A DNA stretch of 64,000 nt, from positions 62,001-126,000 of the forward strand of contig CBFFRP010000418.1 in assembly GCA_965644295.1 (NCBI GenBank), given 5' to 3'. A program made the translations under genes and the position numbers. This document shows, piece after piece, positions 51,801 through 64,000 of this stretch; the stretch's first letter is position 1, and each line of letters opens with the position of its first letter. Under the pieces are notes generated by a model, which saw only the letters and a list, made by a program, of their open reading frames with translations, was not told the DNA's origin and did not search any database. The DNA comes from Paraphysomonas bandaiensis. Lineage: Eukaryota > Protista > Chrysophyceae.

Positions 51801-53769
51801 TCAGAACGAAAAGGAGCAGCTTATGGTGACCCTCAGAAGAGAAGAGCGCAAGAAACGAGACGCAGTGAGGGACGCGGAAAGGGCCATCCAGGAGCGTGAG
51901 GAGGCAGTGGCACGTATGCAAGCAGCCTTAGAGGAGGCGAGTCATATCAGAGAAGCCTATAGGAACCATCTCAATGCAGAATTAAAGTCAGATGAGAAAT
52001 CAGAGAAGGATGGACCAATTCGAAAGCCTATCGAATCTAAGCCATCTACAGCCAAGCATATTTCTCGTCCAGGAAGTAGCCGCAGTCAATTAGATGGAAA
52101 GGGTACATGGGAGGAAGTTGTGGAATCGTACATAAGCAATGAAAGAGCCCTGTATGGTCAACTAGATGTAGCCAACGAAACAATTCAAAAGCTGACAGTT
52201 TCCCGAAGGCAGTTGTTTGATCACTACAGGTGGTCTCTAGACATCTATAATTATCTGTGTATTATTGACTGATACTTTTTATACTTATGAGATTGTGATA
52301 TAAATGTCATATATATTTTTATACGTGAAAGGAATGCTCGCTTATGACTTCGATGTGTTATTCCAGGGCAGCAATCGACGTCATCGAAGACAACTGTCCA
52401 ACCTGTTTACCCGAATATATAATTCCTTCTGAGTTTGACACAGCTCGCCCCATGACCAACACTGTTGGTAATAATGAAAGGAAAAAAGAATCCCAAGAAC
52501 CATCTAGAGCGGAGATGAGGGCTCTGGAGACTCGAGTGAAGGTAGCTGAAGATGCCCTCTTGCAGGAGCAAGAAAAGACTTCCGCGGTCGTTGCCAAATA
52601 TAGGTGCATGTACATAGTGTGCTTTGTATCTATTTTTCATTTCAACATGTGTGATATAAGATATTTTATACACTATATACCCCTCGATTTTTAGCGATAC
52701 GATATAATGCAGGAGAAGTTTACAAAAGATAGAGAAAGAGGCCAGCCAGAAGACAGAGGAAAACGCTTTCCTGAGAGAGCGCATAAAGATCATGACAGAG
52801 AGCGGGGTGGGAGATCAATCTGGGACAGAGCGGGTTCAGGATATGATGACGCGGATGCACGCTCAAATCGATGAACTCAAGAAGAAAGGAGGAAATAATG
52901 CTGAGCTCCGAAAACAACTCATCGGTAAGTCTTCATCCGGTTGATCCATATGGAGAGTAGTCACAGAGAACTGTTTTGAACGTTTGTTTCAGGGCTGAAG
53001 GCCCAATGTGGAGTGCTACAGGAAGAGAATCAAGAAATGCGTGCGTTGTTGTTGCGTAACGGCGGAGGACCTGGAAGTGGAAGCAAGACTGAAGCCTATA
53101 TGCGTAAGCTTGAGGAAAATGCTGACACTGCACTTCTTCACCAGGTGGGTGATTATTTTCTTGCACACTTGAGGCAATAGATTTTAATATTTTGCCTACA
53201 GCTTCGAGAGGTTGAAAGTAGGAATTCCTCTCTGACATCGAGGTAATATTATGTGTATTTGCGTGCACAAGGGTGATGTTTTTTGCGTATATGTACATGT
53301 CGGGGTGGCGTTGTTTCTTGTTGTAGATAATGTGTGAATGTGATACAGGAATGCTGGCCTTGAGGAGGAGTTGAGGACGTATAAGGTTTATATGCGCGAC
53401 ACGGTGTCACAGTATAAGAGACAGGTGCCAGACGTGTATTTTTCTTCTGCGTACACTGTGTAACGTAGGTGTTTATGCTGTGCGTAGATTAAAGCACTAC
53501 AAGCTCAACTGGCGTCGTATAACGTACCTAACGGCAACAACCACTCTAGACCTCTACAACTATCTCTCCCCGACCAGTCGGGGACACATACAGATCTACT
53601 TCACAAGTACCTAGATATGGATAGTCATGGTCCTTCCCCTAAGGGGAAATTACACAGGGACAATGTAAAAAGGATTGGCTCCAACAGTGCCAGGGAACCT
53701 TTGACATCGGGGCGACAGCAGGGCAAAGAATCACCTAATAACGACAGATTCTCTCTACCGTTAATATAA
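48823..53769 (+). CDS. Degenerate kinesin-motor-like domain fused to long coiled coil with a CCDC78/DUF4472-like segment; many short introns
   Basis: Kinesin-fold remnants: SAFEIQNE|VISDLL, EGPNIHKSL, PFRSSKLT...LLGGN, KTLELM. The later EKLEVARALVDMKME..FEMTSNILALKNEL resembles DUF4472. Ends LPLI*. Confidence 0.75.
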
Positions 53770-56700
53770 GTCATATAGTAGAATATATACCATGCGATAC
53801 CATACGTTCTTGTCGAGAGGGAAGACTTCTATTGGCTTTTCTGTCGGTGTGTATGAGAATGCCAATGAATATGATATTTAGCAACTTGCGTGTGATCAGT
53901 AACTTGAGTTGGTTTTCATTTGTGTGTATATAACATCATGAATTTAATGATTGTTTGGAAGTTGAATGAGCGCCAAGTTTTTACACGACTTTGTGTTGGT
54001 TTATAAGTTGTTGTCAACATCGTGGAGTAGTTAGGTGTATCCTCGTCGATACAAGTTATAGTGCACTAGGTTGGTGTTCATTCAATGGGAATGAACATAT
54101 CTCTAAAGTAGATCTCCACGTAAACCTGGAAAAATAATTAGGTTTTTAGACACAAAATTCTGAATGTATAGATTCACGATACTTCTAAGAATCTTGTTCA
54201 TATTCGACAAGGCCGTCGACGTGAAAAAATGAAGTAAATTCTATATGAACACGTAAACTGATTTTGGTGAAGTGTCGTTATGAGTGACTCCAGGTATTGC
54301 TGAACAGATATGATGGTTTGATCAAGATTAGGGAACAATATATTGAATTGAATATAGTGCAATAACATTGTTGGCCAGTTTAAAAAACTGTTGTCACTCA
54401 TCTCTTGACAACTTCAGTAGATTCAACCCTCTTGACGCCTGTAACGTAGTGGTCATAGCTTTACTGTTTTTTTGAGAAGGTACCTTTCCCTGGGCGCACT
54501 AGCTCTCGTGTTACTCATTCCACATCCTCTTTGAAAGATGTCTCTCCCCTACCGCCTGCTCGTCTAATCCTCTTCATGTTTTCCCCATGTGCTACTGCAT
54601 TTGTTGCACATGAAAGTACCCTCCTATATGTGAATGTTGTGCTAATAACCTATATGGATTAAGAGTCCTTTCTTTCATATTACGTGCTATTGATTTAACA
54701 TTCTCAATGCTGTTTCGATTTGTCTTTTTCCCGTCATGGGCTTCTTGCTTCACACTGTGCTTTCACTGAAGAACCCTCAAGATTTAGATGAGTGTTTCAG
54801 CTTGTTGATCTTCCACCAGTTACTTGCCACTCTACTTTTAGCCATATTACCACCACTTGCCAACTCCTGGCTCTTCTTCTACACAGCTGGTCAACTAGGG
54901 CCTACAAACTTTCATTCCCTTGCCCATATTGACACACTGCGTGGAGGCTGCGCACATGCAACTCGCCTATGAGGATTGTTGTGTGGTCAATGTCGTTGAT
55001 AGATTTTCACTTGCCACACAGACTCATGCTAGTATCACAGAAACGCTCATACCGTTGCTCCCTTCCCTGCAGAGTAGCCTCCTCATCATATCAGTCATGG
55101 CTATTTTACCCCATCGGACTCCCGCCGCCAGTTTTGGATAGAATACATAGAGTGTCGTGGGTCAGGAAATGCGAAATCCAACTCGTGTCTTGCCAGAAGA
55201 GCCACACGAATGCTGCGGGATTGATTATTGTTAGCACTCCCACATCGAGAGAAACAAAGGAATCCGAGTTACCGACTCAGTTCGGTGTCTGATCAAGCAC
55301 CAAGATCACCCCCTTCCTTTCATTACACCTGTAACTTTTTACTGTAGTGATCCTTCATCAGAATTCTGATCGTCGCAGCACCCTTCTTTCACAATGTGTC
55401 AATGAGGCGGCAGTGTTGCAATTTGTGTGTTAGATATCATCCGAATAAAGAATAGACACTAACTAGAGGCAGGTGATAGATATGAGATCAGTTGTTAGTA
55501 TTATAACTATGTTAAAAATTACACTGCACATTAAAGTAGCCGTTAAGATTCGAATGTGAAAGTGCATAATCAACAACAGCACATAATATATTATAGTTAG
55601 AACTAATATAGAGTATATTGACAGTTAAGATCGTTAAGAAAAGTTTATTGTAATCAAACTCTAGATAGACTTTTATTATATTGCATACACAACTGTGTGT
55701 GTTGTAATTCGTGTCAACCACTGCTCAACTTCCGTATCTTGAATCGTCATGATACAATACTTCAGTTTCGCAGTTATAGCTATATAGTATCTCTGACTGC
55801 GTATTACTGTTTTCACATTGTATTTAACGTATTCTACAGTACTATCTTAGAGAAACATACGTATTCCAACACGCCTCCTCAAGAATGTAGAAACGAGTAA
55901 TATTAATGACAAATGCAGTGCCACATGCTAAATTAGAGCGCTTGAAATCGGTGTTATAAGAGAATTTGAAATATTTTCTATCATTCTCCAGAAAGATGGC
56001 ACCGAGCAGGTTGATCTTAGTGATGTGCATTCATTTATTCACAATACCTTAGTGATGCGGACACAACTATGAACCATACCTTTAGTACCGCTGCTTGAAG
56101 TATATTTACACCACTACTATTAGTGTAGAAAGGCTTTTCAGTATAGCAAATAATATCAACATAGGTAATCTGTGGCACCTCATCGATTGGAGGCCTTTAT
56201 GCTTTAGCTTTAATTTACTTCTGTGGAATGCAAGTGCAGTTGAAAATACTACACGTTCTTGCAATGAGTAGCTAATTTAATTAGACAATAATTGACAATT
56301 ATTATAATTAAATTGCTCTATTATAATCGCGCAAGCTATAATTAATATTTGCTATTTAATTGCTCAAAAGCTTTTACAATTTAATTACAATTAATTGTTA
56401 CGCAGCCCTGGTATCCAGGAGATCTTGATTCATAGAATCAATAATTATAACTTTACTACAGACAGTATTATATTATCTTAAATATAATATGTACGAGCAT
56501 AATCATATATAATAGAGTGATGATGTAATGACCATAGTATAAAATAACCAGATAGCTGGTCATTACAACCGTATAAAATCGTATGAAATGGAATAGTAGT
56601 TGAGGTAACATAAATTTGGTCAATGACAATGTATGTTATGAGATATTGATTATGATTTTTATAAGAATATTGAGTAAGTTTAGACCATCCACAATATGAA

Positions 56701-57122
56701 AAATTAAATACTAGGAATTAGGAATATAAGGAAGTGGTGATGCTGGCAATGTGGTGGTATGCCCCTACACCCTAAAGGTAATACTGGTTTACTTATGGTT
56801 CTTATTTATACTTTATACGCAAGGAAAAAAACTGGAAACAATACGAACGATTAGGAGTTTTCAAGGTCTGATAATTGCGCTGATGGGGACGAAAACATTG
56901 GTATCCTCTTATGAATAAAAGAAGAGACGTGAAACAGAGGTGCTTAACATTTCCGGTGCTGAATTAGCATAATACCTACTCTGTCAAAAAGAACTTAACA
57001 TACATTCTACGTTAATAAGATAACAGCTAGACCTAATTGTCATAGCATCCGCGTACCACTTGCTCAGCACGTACTACGATATCGAAACAAGATCGTGTAT
57101 CTACAGTCGAAGTATTATAAAA

Positions 57123-59773
57123 TCACTCTTCCAAAGAACAAACCATTACATTTTCATCTAAATTGTCCCACTTTTTTGAGTGCCACTGACTGGTCATTGG
57201 ACTAGCTTGTTGTTTGCTCAACGGCCACCTAGAAATAGAGCGAATAGGAGACGCCACTGAAGGAGTACGTCTTGTGGTACTGTAGTTTAATACGGGTGTG
57301 CAACTTGACCATACACTGTCAGCTTCGCTTCCAGATGGGCTCTCAATAGTCTCCCATAACGTGCTGCCGGCACTATCATCCATACTATCGCTGGATGATA
57401 TTGATATATCTAATAGCGCTCCAGATGACGTCACAGATCCCTCTTGATGATCTTCAGTGTGCGACGAACGCAAATTCGAAGAACGAACTACAAATAAGTC
57501 TTTCAACTCATTCACTATACGACCAAACCTACGACTCATATCAAAGCTAGAATCACTTGCTTGCTTTTCATCAGATTGATCAGTTTTCCTCCTCCCCTCC
57601 TCGCTTTTATAGGATGTTGAAGACATGTGGGTGTCGGAAATCAAATTCGAAGATGTAGAGTCATTTAAGTGAATGGCAACTTCTTCTTCAGTAGATCCTT
57701 GAGAAGGTTGCTGACCTTTTAAGATTGCTAACCAATTGGGCCTCCCCGCAACACCCATTTCTAATTGCCCGTTCATGTCTATATCTGAGTGACCACTTTC
57801 ATTGTTAAGTTCCACGTGTTTATTTACCCCCTTGCTACTTGCAAAGCAAAAGATATACACCAATACACATTGGCATATGCAGACTCCCACGGCAGCTGTC
57901 CCAAACACAACCCCATTGGAAAACTTCGCTAATTTTCCTGTCCCCAAAATTCCAGGTGCGGTCGGTGATTGTGATGGTGAAGGGGTAGGGGGTAATTCTG
58001 TTGTCGGGGACGGTGTGGGTGAGAAGGTATTCATATAAGCATATACTTTTCGTACTGCATCATTACTCATATCAGCTACGAGCAACGCATCGAAAATAGA
58101 ATCGGAGTTTTTGTTACTCTTCCTTTCCGATTCTGACGGATAAATACACAAACTCATCGGGTATGCAAACTCTGCACTAGTGACAACAGAATCTACATAG
58201 CCCCCTGGGCCCCCTGATAAATATCATATCAAATCCATAATAGTAAGTAAAAATAATCAGAGATGTAATAGCTACATTTTGAAATACAAAAATAGCGCAA
58301 ACAGATCATACTCGTAAAAGCATACACCGTACCTATTAGGGTGTATGTGGTCGTATTGTCTCCATATGAAAAATCTATACCACTGTACGTGTCAACAACC
58401 CCGGTATTCAAATCAACACGCCGGACTGTCAAGGACCCAAATAAGTAAGAGGCATCCATAGTATTCGGATACGCTTCAGTGAAGTAAATCACCCCCCCTG
58501 AGGAGTCCACTCTTATATGGATTGGAAAAGACAATAGAGCTTCCTGTTCGCCACCATCCTCACTTGCTGCAGCAACTCTACCGTCCGCACTCATTTCATG
58601 TTTGATCCCACTACTACTTCCAATGTTTCCGTCATTAGAAGCACTGCTACTAATGTGGGTATGAATAAGACCGTTAAGTGCATATGGTGGTGTATCTCCC
58701 GCTACGTTCCAGCGAAAAGTACGAGACTCATCACCCACCAATACAATAATGGAAGTGTAGGGTTCAGTAGTATCCATGGGTACCTAAACAGCCAAATATG
58801 GCAACATCAAATATAAATACTGCAAATATGTACGTACAATATATAAATCACTCCACATATACTTAACCACATTATGCTACTGATTTCTATACAGGTTCCG
58901 TTGAGCATCACATAATAGCAGCAAAACGATGCAGAACGCAACACTTTAATTCCATGGAAGCAGTAGCACTATATTGCAATCGCAATATGCATGTGTAAAT
59001 TTACTGACCTGGAGGATTACGTTTTTGGCAAATGATATTGCGACGTAAAGTACTTTTCTCTTCTCGTCAGGAGCAACAGAATAGATGCAGCTCCTAAGAT
59101 TAGCTGACAGGGGATAGCCATTTATACTCAAATAGTCTGACAGGCTAGTATATACAGTTACTATGGCATTCTCCATGACCCCACGTAACCCATTTGTTGA
59201 AGTAATAGCATATAGTTGCACAGTATCGACCACATACAAAACATCACCAGATATCTGCACATCAAGACCTGGAAAATACCCTCCACTCTGAACATTTTTT
59301 TGAAATTGAACTACCTCTTGATATCCAGACACATAGGTGGTCATTGTTCGCGTTTGATCAGACGGAAAGTCCAGTACCCGAATCAACCCGCTTCGCTTTT
59401 CGGTCACAAATAATCTGTTGTTTGATTCATCATATGCCATACGTGTAGGAAGGGAAAACGTAGAAAACAAGAGCTGTCCATCGAGATTCCCAGCTGTAAA
59501 CGGGGTCCCAGCAACAATATTATGCTGCTGTGTGACTGCATTAATGAAGTATATCGCTTGTAGAGAGAGAGACGATACAAAACATCCATAAGTGCCTTTA
59601 AAGTATCCCACTTCCACTCCAGCCGGCTGAGAAATGTTTCTGGAAACTGTTCCCACACTATAATGCCCACCTTCCACTGGGAACTCTTCATACAGCTCCC
59701 TCTGCTGAGACAAGACATCAGACGAGACTGATAATCTCAATAAACAAACAGAAAGCAAATAGAAGCAGAGCAT
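57123..59773 (-). CDS. Type I membrane protein: signal peptide, NHL/beta-propeller-like ectodomain, PTPSP linker, TM helix, Ser-rich tail; multi-exon
   Basis: VAGTP..AGNLDG....TFSLP..MAYD, FPIHIRVD, YPMSLC repeats; PTPSPT; hydrophobic GVVFGTAAVGVCICQCVLVYIFCF. Confidence 0.7.
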
Positions 59774-60381
59774 GTTATGAGGACAGAGATGTGGATGAGC
59801 TCACGCCTCCTCACACAGATCTCGTTTAAGTTCTTTCACTGATAGTGTCGTTAATCAAAGGCTGAGATACATGTGCACTGTGCTGAGCGCTCTGCGTGTG
59901 TTAATATACACGAATGCAGCTCATTAAAATTTCCAGTCTGCTTTTTTTCTGCCTGAAAATCAGTAAAAAAGACTGAAAATTAATACTGCTGCTGTAGGTA
60001 TGTATATTGTGGTGTGTGGATATACAGGAGTGTATATATTTTTGTTCCAAGATGCCTCTAATATTGAGACAACAATTATCTGTATTCCAGCCGTAGTTGT
60101 GCTTCAGTAATATAGACGAATTTTACTTCAACATATTCCCGAAAAAATACAGCAGACATCATTTTACCAAGTCGCAAAGTGCGGCGCAATAAAATGACAC
60201 AAAAATGTGTGCAGAGAGGCCGAGTTGTATGGCATGGTATTCTTGTGTGTAGTTTGGGTGTATATGTGTACACGCTTATCGTAAGATGATGCGATGTACA
60301 GCAGTATCAGTGGTGGCCATTAGCACTGACACATTCACTCCAAGTCTGCGTGTACACACAACATCCTTCTTGCTAATCACG

Positions 60382-62075
60382 ATGCAAGACGATAAGCTGC
60401 AACGATTGCACGATACTTTGGCGAAGTTGGCGCCCAGAGGGAAGGTCGGTGGTTTGGGTTATTCGAGCTTTGCCAAACAGGTGAGAGCCACTGCAAGCAT
60501 GCTCTACATGCACACATACATACAGCACAACACACTGACTTACCTGCAGGCAAGAACCCGGGACAACACCCTCCCTAATAATGGTACAGCACTGCATGAG
60601 ACTGTTTGGATGATGTTAACACTTCTTCTATAGCGCTCTATAACTGTTTCGTGAGGGCTGGTCAGGGACTTTACCACAAGCGTAAGTTTGATGACGTGGA
60701 AGAGACAGAAGAGACAGAAGAGAAAGGTACGAGTCCTGATGTAGTGCTGCAAAAGTATAGTTTGTTTTTGGGTATTTGTTTGATATTTTGATCCAGAGGA
60801 AAAGAAAAAGAAAAAGTCCAAGAAAAATAAAGCTGAGGTTGAGGAGAAAGATCATACTTCATGTAAACTAGAGTTGTTTTGTTCAAAACGTTAGAGCATG
60901 TAATGCATTATTCATAGTACCCATGAAAAAAGAGAAGTCGAAAAAGAAATCTCAAGTTAAGAAGGGGAAAGAGACTGCTCAAGATGTAAGATCTCACACA
61001 TACCATCTAGTGCTCGCCGATGTCAGATGCTAAATATATCAAAACTTGTGTAGCGCTTTCTCTTTGATCTTTGTATACCCTGCACTGACTATTATTGATA
61101 CTTCACAGGACAATATGACGTCGTCTGAGACAGTCATATCTGGTATGTGAGCGAAAATGGCATATTATCTTCTGTAACAATGTCAATAGCTAACACTAAA
61201 ACTAAGTCTAAGAAGTCTAAGAAAGATAACAAAGAAATAGTAGCGGAGGTAGAATTAAAAGCTTCTATATGTTTATTTACATAATTTCGTATTTATGTAG
61301 GCACCAGAAACATTAGGTATGGCATCATAATTGAGAAGCTTCGATATAATAGTCTGATACGATAGTTTGAATATCATTTTCTTTGCTAATTGTATATTTA
61401 TATGACTAGATACAAGTTCGAAAAAAGCGAAGAAAGATAAAAAGCGAAAGTCTACAGAAATGCAATTGGTATGTACCCCATATCTCAGACATGTTCTGCT
61501 TTGTGATATATATTTACTGATCTATGTTTATCGCCGTTAGCTATTATTAAATATGCGCACTAGAATTATATGTACTGCTGCTTATATATTTCTAACTGTC
61601 TGACTGTCAGGAGGAGCCTGTTGTGGACAAGAAATCACCGTCAGGTTATATGCGTATCTTGTAGAATACTCCTGTGTGTAGTAATACAGTTATAGTTATT
61701 TATTGAGCACCTTGCTATGTTTGCGTTTCACGTTTAACATCAACAGGTGATAAGAAGGTGAAGAAGGACAAAAAAAATATAAAGAAATTCGGTGAGGAAC
61801 AATCTGAACAACCTGTCGCCGAAGGTAACACGTGTATTTAAGAAGCGTATTATTTTGATTGAGAACATACTATAGTTCCAGTGGTTAAAAAGAAGAAAAA
61901 AGATAAAAAGCAAGAAAAGGCGCCTGCTGCACCCGAAGTAGCACCGGAAGTAACAGGTGAAAACCTAGCCATTGTTCTGTAGTATTTGTGCTCAATGCAG
62001 TGACTAATGCGGCTCTTTATCATAGAAGTGGCGAAACCGAAGAAAAGCAAAAAGAAGAAACTAAATAAGGAATGA
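60382..62075 (+). CDS. Lys/Glu-rich low-complexity protein (nucleolar-type), many micro-exons
   Basis: MQDDKL...GKVGGLGY, LYNCFVRAG, then KKxKK-rich exons bounded by GT-AG introns; stop TGA at 62073-75. The internal exon structure is only partly resolved. Confidence 0.65.
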
Positions 62076-63579
62076 TGATACTGTGTCCAGCAACAGTATT
62101 GGTTAGGTTATATCTTTGTAGTTGAACATTATACTTTCTGATGAGACAGTAGTGAAATTTGTATTAGTAGCGGAGGAATATTGTTGAATGATCTCTTCAC
62201 AACTCACTGTTGAATTAAGTGAATACATCAGTATATGTCTCCAAAACTTTAGGTATGTGCTTAATGTCACTCCGATAGGCGAAACTTACAGTCGCGATGT
62301 TGCTATACTTTTGTTTGTGGTCCAGTGATCTGGGCTGCGTTATTTCATCGCTCATATTTTGTACTCTGTACGAGGACTAGGTAGCAATACTTTCCCCTAG
62401 CTGTGCTCTGTATTCTGAACCTTAACGTGAGTATGTTGTATGTGTTACTTCACTATTTGATTTACTATTTTTTTCACTGGTAGCACCTGTCAGGTTTAGG
62501 CATGTTGATCCTTGTCAGTCTATAATTAATAATTTACGATCTTAGACAATCATAATCTCACACAGTCACACTATTTCAGTCCAACATATTTTATAGAATT
62601 CCATGAAATTCATGCAATACCGTTTTCAACTGCTGTATTTTTTACCAATGGTTATAAATCAAATTCTTAAACTGTTGTTTCTGCTTGCAAGCGATTCAAA
62701 GCTGTATTTCAAAGACGCTGAATGTAATAACCAGCAATAGTATTATTTATTATTGGGCCAATTGATATTATAAATCTAGTAAAAGATGATATATGTTGAT
62801 CACTATTTTAATAATAAATAAGAGTATAATTTGATAGCTCAGTTGTTACTTAACCATACTTAGATATTATGTCTATTTCGTATATAAACTATAGTATTTA
62901 ATTGCGTAACCTAAAGCAAAACTTTCTGACGGAGAAAAATAAATAAATGGATTACCAGATTCGTCATAGGTTTAATCTTAAATTTTCAAGAGTAACAAAG
63001 CCAACAACATTTACTAACTTGACGCAAGATAAGTAAGCTCTGTAAACAAAGAACTCAATATACTACGACGTAATATTCTGGCAATGGTTTTTTCATTGTC
63101 CATTTTAACTTTGTTACACTTACTATAGTTATTGGACCTATGAATTAAGATCGAGAGCACGTTATGAAAATGATAAGATGAGCTTACTATTGATAAATGA
63201 ATTAATTGAAACCTCAAACAAAGAGGAAAAGAGCAACACTATAGTCAATGATTGATAACACTCATAAAACGTTAAGATGAACAAGACTGGAGTACTTTAC
63301 TGAATAATTCCGGGTTTTATGTTCACGCTTATAGTACTTAACGTATTTGAAACCATATTTCGTTTTTGACGTACATATTTGATTCGTATATATTGCCTTT
63401 GAAGTATATGTACTTTGCATCAACTGTAATGAAGTACTTAATTTATCTTCCTTTATTGTATTGATGATGAGTTAATATAGTCGATAGTTATTGTTATATT
63501 GGTATATTGGAATGAATGTGGAACAAGGCCACTGCTTTGAGAAAATCGTAGTTAGCAGATTACTACTTACAGATGATAA

Positions 63580-63775
63580 GGTGCAATTTATTTACTCGCG
63601 GTTAGTATAGTCAGTGGGTGTATATATTGAAAGTCTTTTTATTTAGCAATAGGCGTTAAAAACTCATTCCGATACAGTGGTTAGTTGAATGCTAGATCTA
63701 CTAGTTAGACCTCTACCCATAACTAATCAGCACAAATTCTATTATCCTACTATTTAGCGCTATAGAAGCTGCTTG
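63580..63775. repeat. Diverged dispersed repeat, copy of about 25830-25975
   Basis: Same collinear blocks as at 25830-25975. Confidence 0.6.
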
Positions 63776-64000
63776 TGCGTCGCCGCAAGTACCAAGGTGC
63801 AACCACTTCCGTTAGTGGGTGTATATATAGTTGTTTATTATTATAGAAGGAATTGCAGAATATCATATTAGAATCTTTGATGGACTCGATGAACCAGGGC
63901 AAGATGCCCTGCATCTCAATTTTTTGTTTCATATTATTTTTATCGTCTGAAATATGACCATCTGAGATTGCGTATATCACATTTCATTGCTCTTCATTGA

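Overview
Gene-dense eukaryotic nuclear DNA with short GT-AG introns (mostly about 45-100 nt), probably from a flagellated protist. That is inferred from ciliary-type genes (BART/CFAP36-like, STPG/ODF3-like, CCDC78-like); the lineage cannot be fixed from this window. About 19 protein genes are present: DNA-PKcs 3' end, RBR E3 ligase, BART protein, TRF4/PAPD5-like polymerase, nucleotide-sugar transporter, EXS protein, AKAP17A-like protein, histidine acid phosphatase, RPB8, arylsulfatase, STPG protein, TruC-like pseudouridine synthase, sideroflexin, thioredoxin-like protein, a degenerate kinesin/CCDC78-like protein and several hypotheticals. Most are arranged as head-to-head pairs. The most unusual items are: (1) a 3,845-nt intron built from about 31 tandem copies of its own exon/donor junction (CAG|GTAACCCC), which could act as a chain of recursive splice sites; (2) a near-identical 15-copy 441-bp array with a structured GC-rich core, sitting where a divergent partner gene would be expected, whose last partial copy lacks the core; (3) an intronless, bacterial-looking TruC with a short N-terminal extension; and (4) a kinesin-like domain that has lost its ATPase motifs. 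All gene models and homologies were read by eye; no searches were run.
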